Shown here one piece after another: positions 42,721 to 45,423 of a stretch of DNA of 45,423 nucleotides (its first letter is position 1; every line of letters begins with the position of its first letter). The stretch is from Raillietiella orientalis. Taxonomy: Eukaryota. The notes beneath the pieces were generated by a model. It did no database searches, was not told the DNA's origin, and worked only from the letters and a program-made list of their open reading frames with translations. The stretch is from positions 620,001 through 665,423 of the forward strand of contig JAYWIR010000060.1 in the NCBI GenBank assembly GCA_036172245.1, written 5' to 3'. Made by a program: the position numbers and the translations under genes.

Positions 42721-45423
42721 CACCTGGACTCGCCTGTCGCCGTCGGATCCGCGCGGCCAGTTGGAATGTTAACGGGCTGCGCGACGACGGAAAAAGACGA
42801 GATACAGCCGCCACCTTGCGAGATTTCGACCTGGTGCTTTTGCAGGAGATCCACGTGATCACCGCAAAAGACGCTCAGGAGATCGAAACGATCGCGGGAG
42901 GGCGGTTGTACTGGCGATGCGGCGCCCGCAACACTTGTGGGGTCGCGTTCTTCCTAAAGCCAGCCATTAACGCAGCCGTGAAGGACGTGCGCTTTGGGGA
43001 CGACGGACGGATCGGCCAACTGATTCTCAGATGGTCCGATTCGATCGACCTCATCGTCACCAATGTGTACGCTCCTAGCGGTAAACAGGGATACCAGCAG
43101 CGCAACGCGTTACTGCAAACCTTAAAGCGCGAATGGCTGGTGGACGCGGACGTGCGAAAGGCGCATCTGATAGCAGGGGATTTCAACGTCCGTCTGCTCT
43201 CAGATCAGCCCGGAGCACAGGGGAACGCGATCAACGAGTTGTGCGGCGCCATGCGCGCGCTTAACTTGTTGACAGAAATAAGCGGGATGGTCAACAGCGT
43301 GGACCACGTCTTCCTCGACGAAGACCTGTGCACACGGGTCGGAAAACGAGGGACGCTTGGATCGACGCTGTCGGACCATTCCCGGTTAGTATTCGAGATG
43401 CGCCCGCGCGACAAGGGACCGCCATCCAGGGATTGGCGTATGCCAGGGGACTGGACGCGCCTGTCAGGAGCGAAAGAACATCTTCGCGAATTCCTGCGAG
43501 GCGTCACCCTCCAGAATCTCGCGGATTCGGACCTATTTCAGGACTCGGTCCGGGAGTTCTGCGAACAGTTCCCAGTGCAACGTCTGCCCCGGGGATTCGA
43601 CGAAGGGGCTCGCGACGAACGCGCGTATTTGCACGCGCGTCGTCACGAGAGGAACCCCAATGTCCGTCGCCTGGCCGAATACCGCGCCGGAGCCGAGCGA
43701 CAAGCCTGGCAATCCGGGTCAGCCAGCATGCTGGATGACCTGGGCCGGGAACGTTCGTCCCCGTCTGCGGTACGGAATCTCGTGCGGTGTTTTTATTCCT
43801 CCCTTTACGCCAAAACTCCACCCGAACAAGACGCCTCGCGGCGATTGCTCATGAGTGGTTCCGTGGCCATAGGGGAGGAGGAGAGAGAAAGCCTCGATGA
43901 GCCTTTCACGACCGGTGAAATTCTCGCCGGTATCAAAAGGCTCAAGAGGCGTAAGGCGCCAGGGGAGGACTGCTTGCCCGCGGAGTTCTTTCAGAGTTTC
44001 GCGGAAGAGCTGGCCCCCCTGGTGCTCGAGTTGACAAGGCGAATCCGAGACGAAGGCGATGTTCCCGCCTCGTTTCGGTCAGCCAGGGTGAGGCTCCTCC
44101 CGAAGGGAGGAGACCTCAGGAAACTTTGCAACTGGCGTCCGATCACGATTGTGAACACGGACGCCAAGTTGATTGTCGGGATGTGGGCGTCGCGATTGGG
44201 GCAGGTGTCCAATTCCATAATTAGCCCGGAGCAGACATACGCTGTTTCCGGGCGAAGTATGGAGGACAACCTCTTCTTCGCGAGCACATGGATGCACGCG
44301 CAGCGGAGTAATAAAGAAGGGAAAGGGAAAATTTGTAACCCTACTTTGGGGCCGCCAGTGGGACAGGGTAGGGACCCTCATGCGGGAAAGGGGGCCTTAG
44401 CGATCGCAGTCGACCTCCATAAGGCATTCGACTGTGTTGACCAGGAACTCCTCTTGGAGCTCCTGGGTCGCATGGGCTTCCCACCCTCCTTGATTTCTTA
44501 CCTGCGCTCTTGCTGGCGGAACGCGATAATCTCAATTACTTTCAGTGGACAAAAGGTGTATGGCGTGCCGGTGCGGCGGGGCATAAGGCAGGGCGACAGC
44601 CTCAGCCCCCTGCTTTTTAGCACCTACGCTGAGTTGGTGCTGAGAGCGTACAGGGTGACTTTGGCCCCCTTGCCGAGCTCGTGCCCCGGCACGCCAGCCG
44701 TAGCGGCGTATGCCGACGATCTTCTGCTCCTCTTACCTATGTCCACCCCTGCGAAGGCGGTCGGAGATTTCTTCGACCTGCTTAGCCGTGGGGCCGGATT
44801 ACAGGTTAACAGGGCGAAGTCGTCAGTGTTGCCAGTTGGAGCGACGTGGGCAGGGCAGCAGGACTGGGTCCGTCTGGGGTTCCCCACGGTGAGGTGCATC
44901 AAGTACCTCGGTGTGCCGTTGGGGGACTTCTTCCCTGCGGAAGCGTGGTCCAGCTGCCTCCAAAAAGTCGAGACGGCGATCGCCCGTTCCTGGAAGGCAA
45001 GTTTCACTTGCCGGAACGGGCCGCGGTTTGGAACGCCTTCGCGGCCCCCATACTCCGCCCCTTGCTTTTTGTTTGCCCCGCCCCCGTGGAATCTAAAATG
45101 CGGACGAAGGACCTCCTCCGCATAGCTCTTTGGGGCAAGCGGAGGCCCCGAGTCCCTTTGAAGGACTTGTGCGCTCCGCGTCGGGACGGCGGTCTCAGCA
45201 TCCTGACGCTTGAGCGCGTAGAAATCCAGCTGCGATGGCGGACCGTCGCCATCGCAGCGAAGATGTGGAGCACCGCTTGGTGCATTCCGGCCCGTCTCCT
45301 GCCCAGGCGTGTGTCCCGATGCGAAGGACTCGCATCGTTTCTTCTGTGCCCTGGCCGGAAGATTCGAAGATGCGGTCTACTGCTCGGCCGCATGGCAACC
45401 CTGGCAAAGGAGAACATCCGTTG
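42720..45423 (+). pseudogene. A4 ORF2: APE and RT, 1-bp deletion frameshift near 44982
   Basis: SWNVNG, GDFN, SDH, GIRQGDSLSPLLF, AYADD; atcgcccg here versus atcggcccg in sister copies. Confidence 0.9.

Larger units (their letters stand above)
40852..45423 (+). mobile_element. Family A element, copy A4, 5'-intact, runs to the window end
   Basis: GGACGTGTTTTTT at 40874, ORF1, ORF2; 44990-45415 is near-identical to the 5' end of A3. Confidence 0.92.

Overview
The window consists almost entirely of nested copies of L1/Tx1-like non-LTR retrotransposons from a GC-rich genome, most likely eukaryotic. I found no host genes, RNA genes or CRISPR arrays. About 16 element segments can be resolved, from at least 7 diverged families (working labels A, A', B, C, D, E, F). 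Full-length units are about 5.5-5.7 kb: a short 5' UTR with GGACGTGT, ORF1 with two CCHC knuckles, ORF2 (APE endonuclease, YADD reverse transcriptase, C-terminal CCHC), and a structured 3' UTR with no poly(A). The most notable pattern is that families insert at specific homologous sites inside each other's coding sequences, mostly antisense. Family A hits the GFG(D/E) codons of the APE-RT linker four times. Family C hits the QA(Q/R)EI codons of APE in two different host families. Family B stacks in tandem at a TLRNLQ site. ORF1 and ORF2 are coupled through TAATG or an AUG-less TAACA. The APE is unusually short, and the 3' ends carry conserved, covarying hairpins. Family labels and similarities come from reading by eye; no alignments or database searches were run.
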